64,000 bases of DNA from Nitrososphaeraceae archaeon (GCA_044870765.1 JBIOZG010000005.1:64001-128000); one strand, 5' to 3'. Positions 39,533 through 50,356 are shown, numbered from the stretch's first letter. Notes: generated from the sequence alone by a model not told the origin. A program made the numbers and translations.

Positions 39533-40200
39533 TTTTTACTCGCTTCTCCCCAATTTTTCAACATATATGATGCAGTCATTTTTGCTTCGTCTAGCTTGTT
39601 TGATCTTAACAAATACTGGATATTTTTATCTTTTATTAATGAATATAAGAATTCCTTTCGCTCTTTTACTGTACTTATTTTTTCCTTTGCCATCTTCCGC
39701 GCAAATTCCTGTAATATTATATTGCTAATATCTGATTCACTAATAACCTTGTTCAGCATCCTTTCCGCCTTCATCCGAATTTTTCTTGCCATTATCGGAC
39801 TTTTGCCAGAGGTCGATATTGCCACCTGTACTAAACCATCAATGTTAACAAGAGATGTATATGAAAAGTCGCTCATAAGTGGATCATCCGCAGCATAAAC
39901 AAATGCTCCCATCGTCCTGCCCTTCTCTACTAGTTTTCTGTTTAACTGTCTATCATCAGTTGCAGCCAAGATCAAGAAAATATCGTTGAATTTATCTAGG
40001 ACTGTGGCGTCCTTTATCCTCATTTTTATTAGTTTTATTTTTCGATGATGGCTCATGCTTCTGAGTGCCTTATTGAATCTGGAAGTAATTACGGTTATTT
40101 CGCATCCTTGATCTAACAATCCGTGCACTTTGCGTAAACCTTCGGTACCACCTCCTATCACAACAGCTTTTTTGTTGTTTACGTTAAGGTCTACTATCAA
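39529..40200 (-). CDS. Precorrin-2 dehydrogenase / sirohydrochlorin ferrochelatase (SirC/Met8-like)
   Basis: VIGGG, AATDD, ADDP..DF, AISTSGKSP. Confidence 0.92.
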   Translation of the reverse strand: MIVDLNVNNKKAVVIGGGTEGLRKVHGLLDQGCEITVITSRFNKALRSMSHHRKIKLIKMRIKDATVLDKFNDIFLILAATDDRQLNRKLVEKGRTMGAFVYAADDPLMSDFSYTSLVNIDGLVQVAISTSGKSPIMARKIRMKAERMLNKVISESDISNIILQEFARKMAKEKISTVKERKEFLYSLIKDKNIQYLLRSNKLDEAKMTASYMLKNWGEASKK

Positions 40201-40360
40201 TTAGCTGCACCAGATACGAACAATGGATTTGAGGGATTATCTTTATTTAATCATTCCATGCAATGATTTGTATCAAACAGTCATCTTATTAGGGACGAAC
40301 AATTTCGCATTATCTGAAATATCATATAGTATATATACAATAACGACGTTATAATTTGTA

Positions 40361-41758
40361 ATGACCTCAGATCTGAATATGGACTACAGCAAATATGACT
40401 TCAAGGATTCTACTGAACTTTACGTATATTTGAGTAAAAAGGGACTTTCAAGGGGAACAGTAGAGGAAATTAGCAAATTAAAGGATGAACCGGACTGGAT
40501 GCGAGAATTTAGATTACGAGCTTATGAAGTTTTTCTCAGTAAACCCATGCCGAATTGGGGTGGCGATCTATCTCATATTGATTTTCAGAATATTTACTAC
40601 TACGCAAAGGCATCTGATAAGCAAAGCAAGAATTGGGAAGATGTTCCGGAATCAGTAAGGAACACGTTTGAAAAATTAGGAATTCCTGAAGCAGAAAGAA
40701 AGTTTTTGGCAGGAGTAGGTGCACAATATGAATCAGAGGTTGTTTATCATAATCTCCGCGAAGATTTAGAAAAACAGGGAGTGATTTTTACAGATACTGA
40801 CACGGCTGTCAAGAAATACCCTGATATTTTAAAGAAGCATTTTGGTAAGGTTATTCCTCCAGAAGATAACAAATTTGCTGCATTAAATAGTGCTGTGTGG
40901 TCCGGTGGATCTTTCATATATGTTCCAAGAAATGTAAAGGTTGATCTTCCACTCCAAGCATATTTTAGAATCAATGCAGAAAATATTGGCCAGTTTGAAA
41001 GAACTCTTATTATAGCCGATGAAGGTGCAGAAGTGCACTATATAGAGGGATGTACGGCACCTGTGTATACAACTGAGTCCCTTCATTCAGCGGTAGTAGA
41101 ACTAATAGCAAAAAGGGGAGCGAAAATAAGGTATACTACTATTCAAAATTGGAGTAAAGACGTTTACAACCTGGTCACAAAAAGAGCATATGCATATGAG
41201 AACGCTACGGTTGAATGGATTGATGGAAATCTTGGTAGCAAATTAACGATGAAGTATCCAGGTGTTTACATGCTTGGTAAACGAGCACATGCGGAGGTAA
41301 TTTCAATTGCCTTTGCAGGAAGCGGACAACATCAAGATGCTGGTGCAAAAGCAGTACACCTTGCTCCGGACACAACTTCCAGGATTACGAGCAAATCTGT
41401 CAGTAAAGATGCGGGACGAACTACATATAGAGGATTGTTACATGTCGCAAAAGGCGCTACAGGTGTAAAATCTAATGTCAGATGCGACGCGTTACTTCTT
41501 GACAAGAACTCGAGAACTGATACATATCCCTATGTTGAAGTTAACGAAGATGATGCTACAATATCTCACGAAGCTACCGTGGGTAAGATTGGTGAGGATC
41601 AGATATTCTATCTGATGAGCAGAGGATTTTCAGAATCTGACGCCCTGTCATTGATAGTCGGTGGCTTTATGGAGCCATTTACAAAAGAGCTACCAATGGA
41701 ATATGCAGTAGAATTGAACAGGTTGCTAAAACTAGAGATGGAAGGTTCAGTAGGTTAA
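40361..41758 (+). CDS. sufB: Fe-S cluster assembly protein SufB
   Basis: [44 protein letters not shown]. Confidence 0.97.
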   Translation: MTSDLNMDYSKYDFKDSTELYVYLSKKGLSRGTVEEISKLKDEPDWMREFRLRAYEVFLSKPMPNWGGDLSHIDFQNIYYYAKASDKQSKNWEDVPESVRNTFEKLGIPEAERKFLAGVGAQYESEVVYHNLREDLEKQGVIFTDTDTAVKKYPDILKKHFGKVIPPEDNKFAALNSAVWSGGSFIYVPRNVKVDLPLQAYFRINAENIGQFERTLIIADEGAEVHYIEGCTAPVYTTESLHSAVVELIAKRGAKIRYTTIQNWSKDVYNLVTKRAYAYENATVEWIDGNLGSKLTMKYPGVYMLGKRAHAEVISIAFAGSGQHQDAGAKAVHLAPDTTSRITSKSVSKDAGRTTYRGLLHVAKGATGVKSNVRCDALLLDKNSRTDTYPYVEVNEDDATISHEATVGKIGEDQIFYLMSRGFSESDALSLIVGGFMEPFTKELPMEYAVELNRLLKLEMEGSVG

Positions 41759-41953
41759 AACGAAAGCTGTAACTGCCTATACATTCAGTAGAGAAAAATA
41801 ACATTTCTTCTTGATTGTCAAAAATCATGTCACTTTTTTATTTTCTTTAAATCTCAACGATAACTTATTCCTACTCTTATTAAACTGAAATCCTTATAAG
41901 CCCCTTCTAACTCATTTGTTTTTGAATCATATAGGTTTAATGGAGAATTCTGA

Positions 41954-42553
41954 ATGGATTTTGGCTTGATCATAATGCAGCTGTGGAGTACGCACTATAA
42001 TGAAAATGCACCATTACCATTTTCATTTTCCTCGATGATTATTGCTGCGCTTATAGCCATTGGTTTGAACATAGCGTTTGCTATGCTTAGAAAGAAAACC
42101 ACTGATATTGAAAAAATGAGTAAAATTATGAAAGAGTCAGTTGAGTTTAGAAAACAGATGATGGCCGCTGTTAAGAAACAGGACAAGGCTCTGATTGCTG
42201 AACTAAAGAAGAAACAAGCATACGTCAATAAAATGAATCTAGAGGTTCAACAACAGCAAATGAAGCCAATGTTCATTTACATGATACCTTCCTTTATGTT
42301 ATGGATTCTTGTTTTTCCTTATATTTTCGGAGGAGTAGTAGCGCTTTCTCCAGTACATCCAGTAATTCCGTTTATCACTTGTAACGAAAATAATGTAAAA
42401 AATGACATACAAAAAAACCCAGACGGAACGCATAAGGGAGTTTGTAGGCAAGTAGGACAGATATATTTGTGGGGATGGTTTCTAATTGTGAACTTTGCAT
42501 TTAATGGAATAATTTCGAAGATTACCAAAACAGCTCTCCCAAGCATTACATAA
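41954..42553 (+). CDS. EMC3/TMCO1 (DUF106, Oxa1-superfamily) membrane protein
   Basis: TM helix, coiled coil, MKPMFIYMIP, GWFL..F..IISK. Confidence 0.85.
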   Translation: MDFGLIIMQLWSTHYNENAPLPFSFSSMIIAALIAIGLNIAFAMLRKKTTDIEKMSKIMKESVEFRKQMMAAVKKQDKALIAELKKKQAYVNKMNLEVQQQQMKPMFIYMIPSFMLWILVFPYIFGGVVALSPVHPVIPFITCNENNVKNDIQKNPDGTHKGVCRQVGQIYLWGWFLIVNFAFNGIISKITKTALPSIT

Positions 42554-42616
42554 TCGCTTATTCTGTTTACAAAAATTATCAAATACTTTAGATTTGTATT
42601 CAACTACCTTCCATTA

Positions 42617-43252
42617 TCATATGACATTTGTTATCCTGGAGATTAGATGAGAAAGTCTGTTAGTTGGTTGAGCTATGATTCTTTTAAAATCATCCATTGT
42701 ATCCAGATCTTCTGAAAGGTTTACAGAATTAATTATGATCGTTCTCTCGCTATTCTTTTTTGAAGATTGAATATGCTTAAAGTAGCTGTTGTTATCATAT
42801 GAAGTCTCGTACAAGTTAAAAGGCTGTCTTAACAATATGTTGGTACCATCCATTCTCATAGAAGGAACTATAATAGAACAATTTTGATATTTTCTAGCCA
42901 TTGATAACAATAGTTCAATCTCATATGAATTCATGAAAATAAGATCTATTGGGATGATGATGTTTGATTGTATTTGTTTTTCTTTACAATATTCATCACC
43001 TACTTCAATCGCATAATTCACACCTTTTTCATTTGAGTATACGTATTCAATATTGTAATGATTGGAAATCTCTCTAACCCTTTCGTCTGCCGATATGGTT
43101 ACTATGGTTGAGATACTTTTACATTTTGTCAAATTAACAATTGTATTTTTTAGCATTAATTCCGTCAGTACAATCTTCTGATTTTTAGTGAGCTCCAATC
43201 TAGTCTTGCTTGATTCAAATCTCTTGACAGGAATTAACGCTACTACTTTCAT
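42617..43252 (-). CDS. cofC: 2-phospho-L-lactate guanylyltransferase (F420 biosynthesis)
   Basis: IPVKRFESSKTRL, DGTN, DLDT..D; adjacent to cofD. Confidence 0.9.
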   Translation of the reverse strand: MKVVALIPVKRFESSKTRLELTKNQKIVLTELMLKNTIVNLTKCKSISTIVTISADERVREISNHYNIEYVYSNEKGVNYAIEVGDEYCKEKQIQSNIIIPIDLIFMNSYEIELLLSMARKYQNCSIIVPSMRMDGTNILLRQPFNLYETSYDNNSYFKHIQSSKKNSERTIIINSVNLSEDLDTMDDFKRIIAQPTNRLSHLISRITNVI

Positions 43253-43260
43253 ATGTCCAT

Positions 43261-44184
43261 TCAAGCACTGTTGAATTTGTTGATGATGTAATTGCACAAT
43301 TGGATCTCATCTTCTACATTTTGCATAACTATATTGGTCTTGTGTGTCTGAATTCCTAGGCTGTGAATTTTCTTCTCATACTCCATGTCTAATTCAGAGA
43401 TTATGAGATTCGAGGCAATATCTTCATAATGCAAAGCGACTCCGTAAGGAGATGATTCAATACCCATTGCCTCCATATATTTTGAAGCCGGGCCACTAAG
43501 AGCTGTATTTCCAATTATGGGACTAATTGCCACAACATCACGCTTTCTTGATTCAAGTTCCTTTCGAATTGATGGCATTGAGATAATCGGGCCAATACTG
43601 GAAATTGGATTTCCAGGTGCAATTACGACTAGGTCCGAATTTCTGATAAGCTCCACGGCCTTGGTGTTTGCATTTGCTTCCTTAATGCCATCGTACCTTA
43701 TTCCCTTTATCTCAGGTTCCGCGCGATTTTTGACCCAATATTCTTGAATATGCATATCCCCCTGTGTAGTCTCTATCCTTGTCTCAATGTGACTATCCGA
43801 AGCAGGCAAGATAACAGTCGATATTGAGAAACTTTTTCGAATCCATTCTGTAATTGATGATAATGATTTTCCCTCTTTTATTAAGTTGGTTCTAACAAGA
43901 TGTAGGGCTAGATCACGGTCTCCAATCCTAAACCAATGCTCTTGTCCAAGTGTTTTCATTTGTTCTAAAAACATAAATGAATCACCTTCTATGCCCCAAC
44001 CTCTTTCTTTGTCCAATATGTTGGCCAGACCGTATGTTATGGTATCAATATCAGGACACACGTACAATCCATACAACCACAAGTTGTCTGCGATATTTGA
44101 AATGATGGCCAAGTCCTCCGAAATCTTGGAAAGTCCTCGAGCAATCTTTACCGAACCTGTCCCTCCTGCTAATAGTGTGATCAA
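43261..44184 (-). CDS. cofD: 2-phospho-L-lactate transferase (F420 biosynthesis)
   Basis: LAGGTG, VCPDIDT, WFRIGDRD, HIQEYWV, PGNPISSIGPI, SGPA. Confidence 0.95.
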   Translation of the reverse strand: MITLLAGGTGSVKIARGLSKISEDLAIISNIADNLWLYGLYVCPDIDTITYGLANILDKERGWGIEGDSFMFLEQMKTLGQEHWFRIGDRDLALHLVRTNLIKEGKSLSSITEWIRKSFSISTVILPASDSHIETRIETTQGDMHIQEYWVKNRAEPEIKGIRYDGIKEANANTKAVELIRNSDLVVIAPGNPISSIGPIISMPSIRKELESRKRDVVAISPIIGNTALSGPASKYMEAMGIESSPYGVALHYEDIASNLIISELDMEYEKKIHSLGIQTHKTNIVMQNVEDEIQLCNYIINKFNSA

Positions 44185-44356
44185 TACAAAAGAACACTCT
44201 TGTTGTCTTTGCAACTTTTTTAAATTTTCCTAAAAACCAGTCCGTCAAATTTGAGAAATAATGTACTTGAATGACTACTTTTGTTGCAACAGTGAACACT
44301 AGAGATGCCGATGAATTCGATAAAGATTATAAGCAGGTTGAATCAGTCTCTACCCT

Positions 44357-45406
44357 GTGAATAGTTTCAGATTCATTATAGTTATTTTCTTGATAACATT
44401 CACAGTTTCTTCTCTTGTATCAAATTCTCATGCTGTTCAAATGACCACAGTCTTATCACCTAAATTAAATCAAGCTGAACCAATATTCACAGCTAATCGA
44501 TTTATTACAATACAATTCGATCAGGGAAGCGAGTTGGCAAAAAAATTGTCCACAATTAATGAAAATGTGAGTTTTAAAGCAAATGTTTCAACTCCCGGGA
44601 TGGCAGAATTAATTTCTGGAATAAATAGGGATATTTTTACGGAAAAACAAAGTCCTATTAACATCGAAAATGCTACAATTGACTATACGGGAACGCTGAG
44701 GGGCAGCAGCGACCGGTTGATAATGTCATACAAAATAGTATTCACACCTGTCATAACGGGATTTACACTGCCAAGCAATAATTCAGGTTCTACAAATTCT
44801 CTGGTTGATTTGGACTGGAGAGGATTTCATACTTCAAGACCTCTTACACTTCAGGTACCAGACATTGGTAATGTCAGTATTAATTATCCAATGAGTCTAC
44901 TTCAAGTTAAACTTCCCGAAATAGCACAGCAGCTTAATTCATCAGAGGCCGCCGAAATATTCCGAACACCATTGTTTAATTTTGAAGATATTTCCACACC
45001 GATGGAGCGTTGGCACTTTTTGTTTGACCCAACTGGAAGTCAGGCTTCTTCAGCCGGTTCAGGCTTTCAAGAATTGGGAGGTGCCAGGGTTGTTTCAATT
45101 TTCTCGCTAGGTGAGAGCAGTTTCAGAGAAGGAGTAATGGAAGCAAAGGAATCTGATGCTACTGCATTAGTTGATGGAGCAAATTTACGTATCCATTCTA
45201 GTACTCCACCTCCAAGTGGCCAAGTACAAATTGCTGGATTTGCATCTGTATCTAAAAATGGGAACTCTGAAATTGCTATTGTTTCAGAAAATGCTCCCGA
45301 GGGATCTTCAACTTCAACAGGTAGCTTTCCAATCCAGGTACTAGTAATACTTGGAGGTATGATGGCAGCCATATCAGTATTGGTCTTGTGGAAAGCAAGA
45401 AAATAG
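44357..45406 (+). CDS. Secreted, C-terminally membrane-anchored hypothetical protein
   Basis: Signal peptide, WHFLFDPTG, C-terminal TM helix followed by KARK. Confidence 0.85.
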   Translation: MNSFRFIIVIFLITFTVSSLVSNSHAVQMTTVLSPKLNQAEPIFTANRFITIQFDQGSELAKKLSTINENVSFKANVSTPGMAELISGINRDIFTEKQSPINIENATIDYTGTLRGSSDRLIMSYKIVFTPVITGFTLPSNNSGSTNSLVDLDWRGFHTSRPLTLQVPDIGNVSINYPMSLLQVKLPEIAQQLNSSEAAEIFRTPLFNFEDISTPMERWHFLFDPTGSQASSAGSGFQELGGARVVSIFSLGESSFREGVMEAKESDATALVDGANLRIHSSTPPPSGQVQIAGFASVSKNGNSEIAIVSENAPEGSSTSTGSFPIQVLVILGGMMAAISVLVLWKARK

Positions 45407-45429
45407 TCAATTTGCGTCTCATCTAATTC

Positions 45430-45620
45430 TTATTTTATTCTTCTACGGTTACCTGAGCCCATTATTTTTTTGAAAGATAATTGTGATTCCGTTTGTCCAA
45501 CGATCGGTTCATGATCAAGTTTCTTTGTATCTTTTGCGAGTCTTAGATATGTCCATACTCTCTCATAAACATAATTCGGATGACGTTATGATTTAACTTG
45601 CGTTTCCTTGGAGAGACCAA
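45430..45620 (-). pseudogene. Possible small basic gene split by a 1-nt frameshift
   Basis: MVSPRKRKLNH, then in the shifted frame RHPNYVYERVWTYLRLAKDTKKL...MGSGNRRRIK*; span of 191 nt is 64 codons minus 1. Confidence 0.4.
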
Positions 45621-45650
45621 ATGCGTCCAGTTGATATTAAAAAAATGTTT

Positions 45651-45924
45651 GCTAGCTGTAACCCTCCTTTTGTTTTAAGTGGGATTCCACTGAGCGGTCA
45701 ACCTGGGATCATACAGGAATGTTCAACCCTTTTTGTCCTTGCTCCACTCAGGTCGGCGGTTTCATTCCAGTATTGACATCTTCAGGCTACTCACCATCAT
45801 CATCATCTATATCAACTGGATTCCTTTCTGTTCCGTTGCCAGGTGTCTCCACCTAATTATCGCTAATTTGAGTGCCTGTTACGAGGGAGGAGTTTCCTCT
45901 CTTTCGAGTAACCCACACGCTAGC
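45651..45924 (-). ncRNA. rnpB: RNase P RNA
   Basis: P1 GCTAGC ends, CR-I GAGGAAACTCC, ACAGAAA, TGAAAC, GAGCAA, CR-V AAAACAAAAGGAGGGTTA. Confidence 0.95.
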
Positions 45925-46099
45925 TAACACATTAAGGTGAGCAAATATGATTAAAAAATCTTTTTTATGTGATTTCCGAGGGCGCACATTTCTTTATTAG
46001 AAAATATATTTCCGGCACCATATCATATGAAAAACAATGCAATTACAGTTGGTTGGCTTACATATTCATCTATTTTTTACTTTGTTTTCTTGAGCATAA

Positions 46100-47143
46100 T
46101 CATCCGAATTGTTTTACAAGCAAATCTCGTTTCTTGCTTATCTGGAAGAGAGAGTCAGTGTGCTCATACGCCTGTTTCTTTGATTTGCCCAATGCCATCG
46201 ATTGAAACAACAGGTGGTTTTCTGGAATCACAATACCAGTTTGATCATCTGAATAGAGAATTTTTAGAGTATCGTCACTTTTTCTCATTGTTTCTTCATG
46301 AATGTGAACCATATTGGTATCGTCATGTTCAAACCCTAACTCGCGGGCTTTAAGTCGAATGTCCGCGGTACCCTTTGCATTAGCAAGTACAGCAACTCCG
46401 AATTCATCATGATAAATATCAGATATTGAATCAAAGTATGGCACTTTATCTTTGAACCTAATTATCATTTGGTGAAGATGCATCATCCTTGAAGGGACCT
46501 TGTAAGCTTCAACGTATAGTTTTACTGATGGCAGGAACGATTTAACATCGTCTTGATGATGTGGATTCTTATCCCATTCTATAGAATCCTTGACTTCCTT
46601 CTTATCCTCCAAATCTGCCCATCTTCTGATTAATGTGACATCATATCTCTGAATTTTATCCCCAAATTTTTCAATCATTGGCTGCATGATTCTACCCATA
46701 CCTGAAACATTACAGCTGCCCTGGATGACGTACTTTTGATTTGTGACCTTATCAAAGTTGATCCTCGAATTGTGAATAATATCAGCCACTTTTTTTTCAC
46801 CAGTTCTATCTTCACCGCCCTGAAAAATCGCCGGCTTATTCAAAGGAATATAGAAATTTATTTTGTTACTATAACCAAATCCATCTTTGGCAGCATCTAT
46901 TACAAGATCAGATTTTTTAATAGCATCTGTAATAGTGCCAGATATGTCGTACCCCTTTCCTTTGAATTCGGGTACTTTCTCATCAGGTACGTATACCGGA
47001 AATTTCTTTGAAAATGCCTCGTCAACTTTATTGTCTATAGAATATTTTCCTATGCCAACAAATTGAATCTCTTTGTCATGAGAAAACGCAGATGCAAGTC
47101 TCCTACCAATATTTCCATATCCGTTTATGAATACTCTTACCAT
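46100..47143 (-). CDS. gap: Archaeal type II glyceraldehyde-3-phosphate dehydrogenase
   Basis: NGYGNIGRR, FQGGE, SCN, RRWAD, PHHQDDV, VIPEN. Confidence 0.94.
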   Translation of the reverse strand: MVRVFINGYGNIGRRLASAFSHDKEIQFVGIGKYSIDNKVDEAFSKKFPVYVPDEKVPEFKGKGYDISGTITDAIKKSDLVIDAAKDGFGYSNKINFYIPLNKPAIFQGGEDRTGEKKVADIIHNSRINFDKVTNQKYVIQGSCNVSGMGRIMQPMIEKFGDKIQRYDVTLIRRWADLEDKKEVKDSIEWDKNPHHQDDVKSFLPSVKLYVEAYKVPSRMMHLHQMIIRFKDKVPYFDSISDIYHDEFGVAVLANAKGTADIRLKARELGFEHDDTNMVHIHEETMRKSDDTLKILYSDDQTGIVIPENHLLFQSMALGKSKKQAYEHTDSLFQISKKRDLLVKQFG

Positions 47144-47341
47144 TTCTCAATGTTTTTAGTGGAATAAATGGATTATTTAATGTATTATAAAATCGCGTTT
47201 AAATAAGCCACTGTATGAATGAATCCTACACTGCAAATTGCCATAAGGAGATAGCAAATTTGTGATTTTTTATAAACATTAAATATCAATAGTGTTGAAA
47301 ATTAACATCAAGAGATAATCAAGAATAATGAGTGCTTTGGT

Positions 47342-47932
47342 ATGAAAAAGATTTTGATAATAGATAACTATGACTCGTTTGTATATAACATTGCTCAATT
47401 ATTTGGAAAGTTGTCTACAGACCCAGTAGTATTCCGCAACGACAAGATCAGTCTCAAAGATATTAAAAAAATGCAGCCTGATGGGATAGTTTTGTCACCG
47501 GGGCCCGGTCACCCTGCTGATAAGAAATCGTTTGGGATATGTGGGGATATTATTCAAACCATTGGGTCAATTACCCCTGTTCTAGGAGTATGCCTTGGTC
47601 ATCAGGGAATAGTTCACGTTTACGGTGGCAAGGTTATTAACGCACATGTGATTAGACATGGAAAGACAAGCAAAATAAAATATCGGGATGATGAACTATT
47701 CGATAAACTATCAAATCCGTTTATTGCAACAAGGTATCATTCGCTAGTAGCATCAAGAGATAACTTTCCTGATTGTCTAGAAATTACCGCTGAATCGCTT
47801 GATGACTCGGAAATCATGGCTCTGAAACACAAGAAACATCCCATATTTGGAGTACAATTTCATCCAGAATCAGTGCTAACAAAGAATGGCTATCGTATCT
47901 TGGAAAATTTCATAGATATCCTGAAAAAGTAA
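47342..47932 (+). CDS. trpG: Anthranilate synthase component II (glutamine amidotransferase)
   Basis: IDNYDSF, SPGPG, GVCLGHQ, RYHSL, QFHPES. Confidence 0.93.
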   Translation: MKKILIIDNYDSFVYNIAQLFGKLSTDPVVFRNDKISLKDIKKMQPDGIVLSPGPGHPADKKSFGICGDIIQTIGSITPVLGVCLGHQGIVHVYGGKVINAHVIRHGKTSKIKYRDDELFDKLSNPFIATRYHSLVASRDNFPDCLEITAESLDDSEIMALKHKKHPIFGVQFHPESVLTKNGYRILENFIDILKK

Positions 47933-49002
47933 TGTCCACAGAATACTTGCAACAACAGACAAGAAGAATTCTATTAAATGATGATATTGACGAATTTGAA
48001 TTTAGAAATGCTATAGACCATTTATTCTTAGAAGACATCCCTGACAGTACTATCGCCGCATTTATCAAAGCTCTAACTATTAGAGGCGTTAACTACAACG
48101 AATTAAAAATAATTAGAGAAGTGATCTTGGGTCATTCTTATTGTATTACCCCGAAAGTTACAGGTTCCTTGATTGATAACTGTGGCACTGGTGGTGATAA
48201 GGTTAATTCTTTTAACATTAGCACCGCTGCATCGATAGTTACATCAGCTTCTGGTATCAATGTTGCAAAGCATGGGAACAGATCTGCCAGTGGCATGTGT
48301 GGGAGCGCAGATTTTTTTGAACATGTTGGATTTAATTTGGACACGGAAGAACGAACTCTTGTTGACGCTTTAGAAGAAAATGGGTTCTCATTTTTATTTG
48401 CCCCTAAATTTCATCCTAGTCTGAAAAGGTTATCTGTAATCAGAAAACAGTTGGGCTTCAAAACAGTATTCAATATTATTGGCCCTTTATGTAACCCATG
48501 CACAAATATTACAGGGCAAGTTATTGGCATATCCGATCCGAAAATTTTTGATCTTATCTCGAACGCGATGATAAAGTCTCATCTAAGGAAAATTATTCTT
48601 GTCCATTCATCAGACGGCATGGATGAGCTTTCTAATACATCAAGCAATATGATGTTAAGTATTGAATCAGGTAAAATAGAAAGACAGGAAATAGATCCAA
48701 CACTCTTAGATATGAAGATCGTAAAAAGAGAACAGATTCAAATTAGTTCAATTGGGGATTCTGTGAAGAGCACGCTAGAAACAATTTACGGAAAGTCAAC
48801 GGAAGCAAAACAAGACATTGTGTCTCTTAATGCAGCAATAGCCTTAATTGCAGGGGAAAAAGTGACAGAGATTAATGAGGGAATAAAAATGGCACGAGAA
48901 TTAGTGAAATCCGAGATTCCAAAAACTAAGTTGCGTGAACTAATATCCTTTTGTGGGAACGTTCAGAAGTTATATATTTTAGAAGAGAAATTCTCACTAT
49001 AA
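47932..49002 (+). CDS. trpD: Anthranilate phosphoribosyltransferase
   Basis: DNCGTGGD, FNIST, KHGNRS, GSAD, DGMDE. Confidence 0.95.
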   Translation: MSTEYLQQQTRRILLNDDIDEFEFRNAIDHLFLEDIPDSTIAAFIKALTIRGVNYNELKIIREVILGHSYCITPKVTGSLIDNCGTGGDKVNSFNISTAASIVTSASGINVAKHGNRSASGMCGSADFFEHVGFNLDTEERTLVDALEENGFSFLFAPKFHPSLKRLSVIRKQLGFKTVFNIIGPLCNPCTNITGQVIGISDPKIFDLISNAMIKSHLRKIILVHSSDGMDELSNTSSNMMLSIESGKIERQEIDPTLLDMKIVKREQIQISSIGDSVKSTLETIYGKSTEAKQDIVSLNAAIALIAGEKVTEINEGIKMARELVKSEIPKTKLRELISFCGNVQKLYILEEKFSL

Positions 49003-49078
49003 TAAAATTATGATTCTAATTCATTAGGATGATTCTACAGAAATTTAGTTCAAAAAGATAAAAAAGGAATATAGGATT

Positions 49079-49324
49079 TTATCGTTTTTTTGATTTTGAC
49101 TTTGATTTCGGTTTCGGTTTTGACTTTGATTTCGGTTTCGGTTTCGGTTTCGTCTTACCTTTCACCGTTTTACTGGGACCCCCACCAATTCTGAACATCT
49201 TCGTTCCACAAACTGCACATGTCCCCTTTGTCGCGGGTCTTCCATTTTTCATTACGACCTGTGTTTCGCCTTTAATCTGTCTTTTTGCTTTACATTTTAC
49301 ACAATAACCTTCAGTTGCCAACAT
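49079..49324 (-). CDS. DUF5679 Zn-ribbon protein with Lys/Pro/Ser-rich tail
   Basis: YCVKCKAKR..MKNGRPATKGTCAVCGTKMFRIG followed by KPKPKPKSKSKPKPKSKSKSKKR. Confidence 0.85.
   Translation of the reverse strand: MLATEGYCVKCKAKRQIKGETQVVMKNGRPATKGTCAVCGTKMFRIGGGPSKTVKGKTKPKPKPKSKSKPKPKSKSKSKKR
49094..49152. repeat. Coding tandem repeat (24-bp unit x2 plus tttcgg hexamers)
   Basis: ttttgactttgatttcggtttcgg at 49094-49117 and 49118-49141. Confidence 0.9.
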
Positions 49325-49477
49325 ATTCAAGTTTAAAGCGGTACCTTATAAGAGTAGCTGTCCGATTCAATTAGACTATGCAGAGTAAGGTACAGAGTCT
49401 TTAAAGTTTGTTTGTTCTCTTAGTGGGGTATCTATTTTATTGCGTTAGATGAACGATGATTTCTATTTTATAAAATC

Positions 49478-50248
49478 CTAAATAATTTTTCTACCGAATA
49501 AAAGATAGGTAGTATGTCCTATCATTCGCATAGATGGCCTTGTTTTTCCTTCCCTTGCCTCTATATTGCGGATCAAGATCTCAGTGCTCTCAATGTCAAT
49601 GAATCCTATTTCATTCATGTGTTTTGACGTTTTTTCCAATTGATTCATTGTAGGACATATTATTGCAACAGAACCGCTGCTCTTGAGGCATTTATGAACA
49701 ATATGTAAAACATTCCATGGATCTCCCAGATCTATAATTGCAACATCAATTTCTGAAAGTTCAAGGCCTTCTTTCATTATGTCGCGATTGAACATCGAGA
49801 CATTTTTTTCCATATCTGATTTCTTGAGATTCTTTTGGGCAATTTCCATAAATTCTTCATTAACATCGTATGTAAAAACATGTCCTGAGGGCCCTACAAG
49901 ACTGGCAAAAAAAGTAGTGAGCGAAGCACTTCCAGTACCTATTTCAAGAACATTAGATCCACTTTTTAATCCCGATCTAATTGCAATATAGCCCAGATCT
50001 TTGGGATAAACTATCTGTGTTTTTCTGTCTGATTTCATTACAAAATCAAAGATTGTTGGCTCCATCAAGTACACCCTTTTTTGTTTTGGTGTGACTATAG
50101 AAGAACCGTACTCCAATCCTAATACCTGGTCAAAATCTATAATTCCTATATGCGTGTGAAGTTTCTTACTTTTTTCTATTTTGGTTAGCCAGTTCTTGCT
50201 TGCTTGATAAAAAAACAAAACATAGGCACCGTCTGTTATTTTCATCAA
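49478..50248 (-). CDS. trmI: tRNA (adenine-N1)-methyltransferase TrmI
   Basis: RKTQIVYPKD, EIGTGS, DLGDPW, RPSMRMIGHT. Confidence 0.95.
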   Translation of the reverse strand: MMKITDGAYVLFFYQASKNWLTKIEKSKKLHTHIGIIDFDQVLGLEYGSSIVTPKQKRVYLMEPTIFDFVMKSDRKTQIVYPKDLGYIAIRSGLKSGSNVLEIGTGSASLTTFFASLVGPSGHVFTYDVNEEFMEIAQKNLKKSDMEKNVSMFNRDIMKEGLELSEIDVAIIDLGDPWNVLHIVHKCLKSSGSVAIICPTMNQLEKTSKHMNEIGFIDIESTEILIRNIEAREGKTRPSMRMIGHTTYLLFGRKII

Positions 50249-50356
50249 GACAATGAGTTTGCACCGAGGTAAAAAAATCTTACAATGGCGAAATCGAATT
50301 GTTTAGATTAATGGATATAAGAGACTATTGCATCATTCATTATAATATCATAAAAA

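Noticed and set aside
45733-45927. 64-aa plus-strand ORF
   Set aside because: Antisense to RNase P RNA
47290-47345. Short frame ending ..RIMSALV* overlapping the trpG ATG, a possible trpE 3' remnant
   Set aside because: Too short and interrupted by a stop; no recognisable TrpE motif
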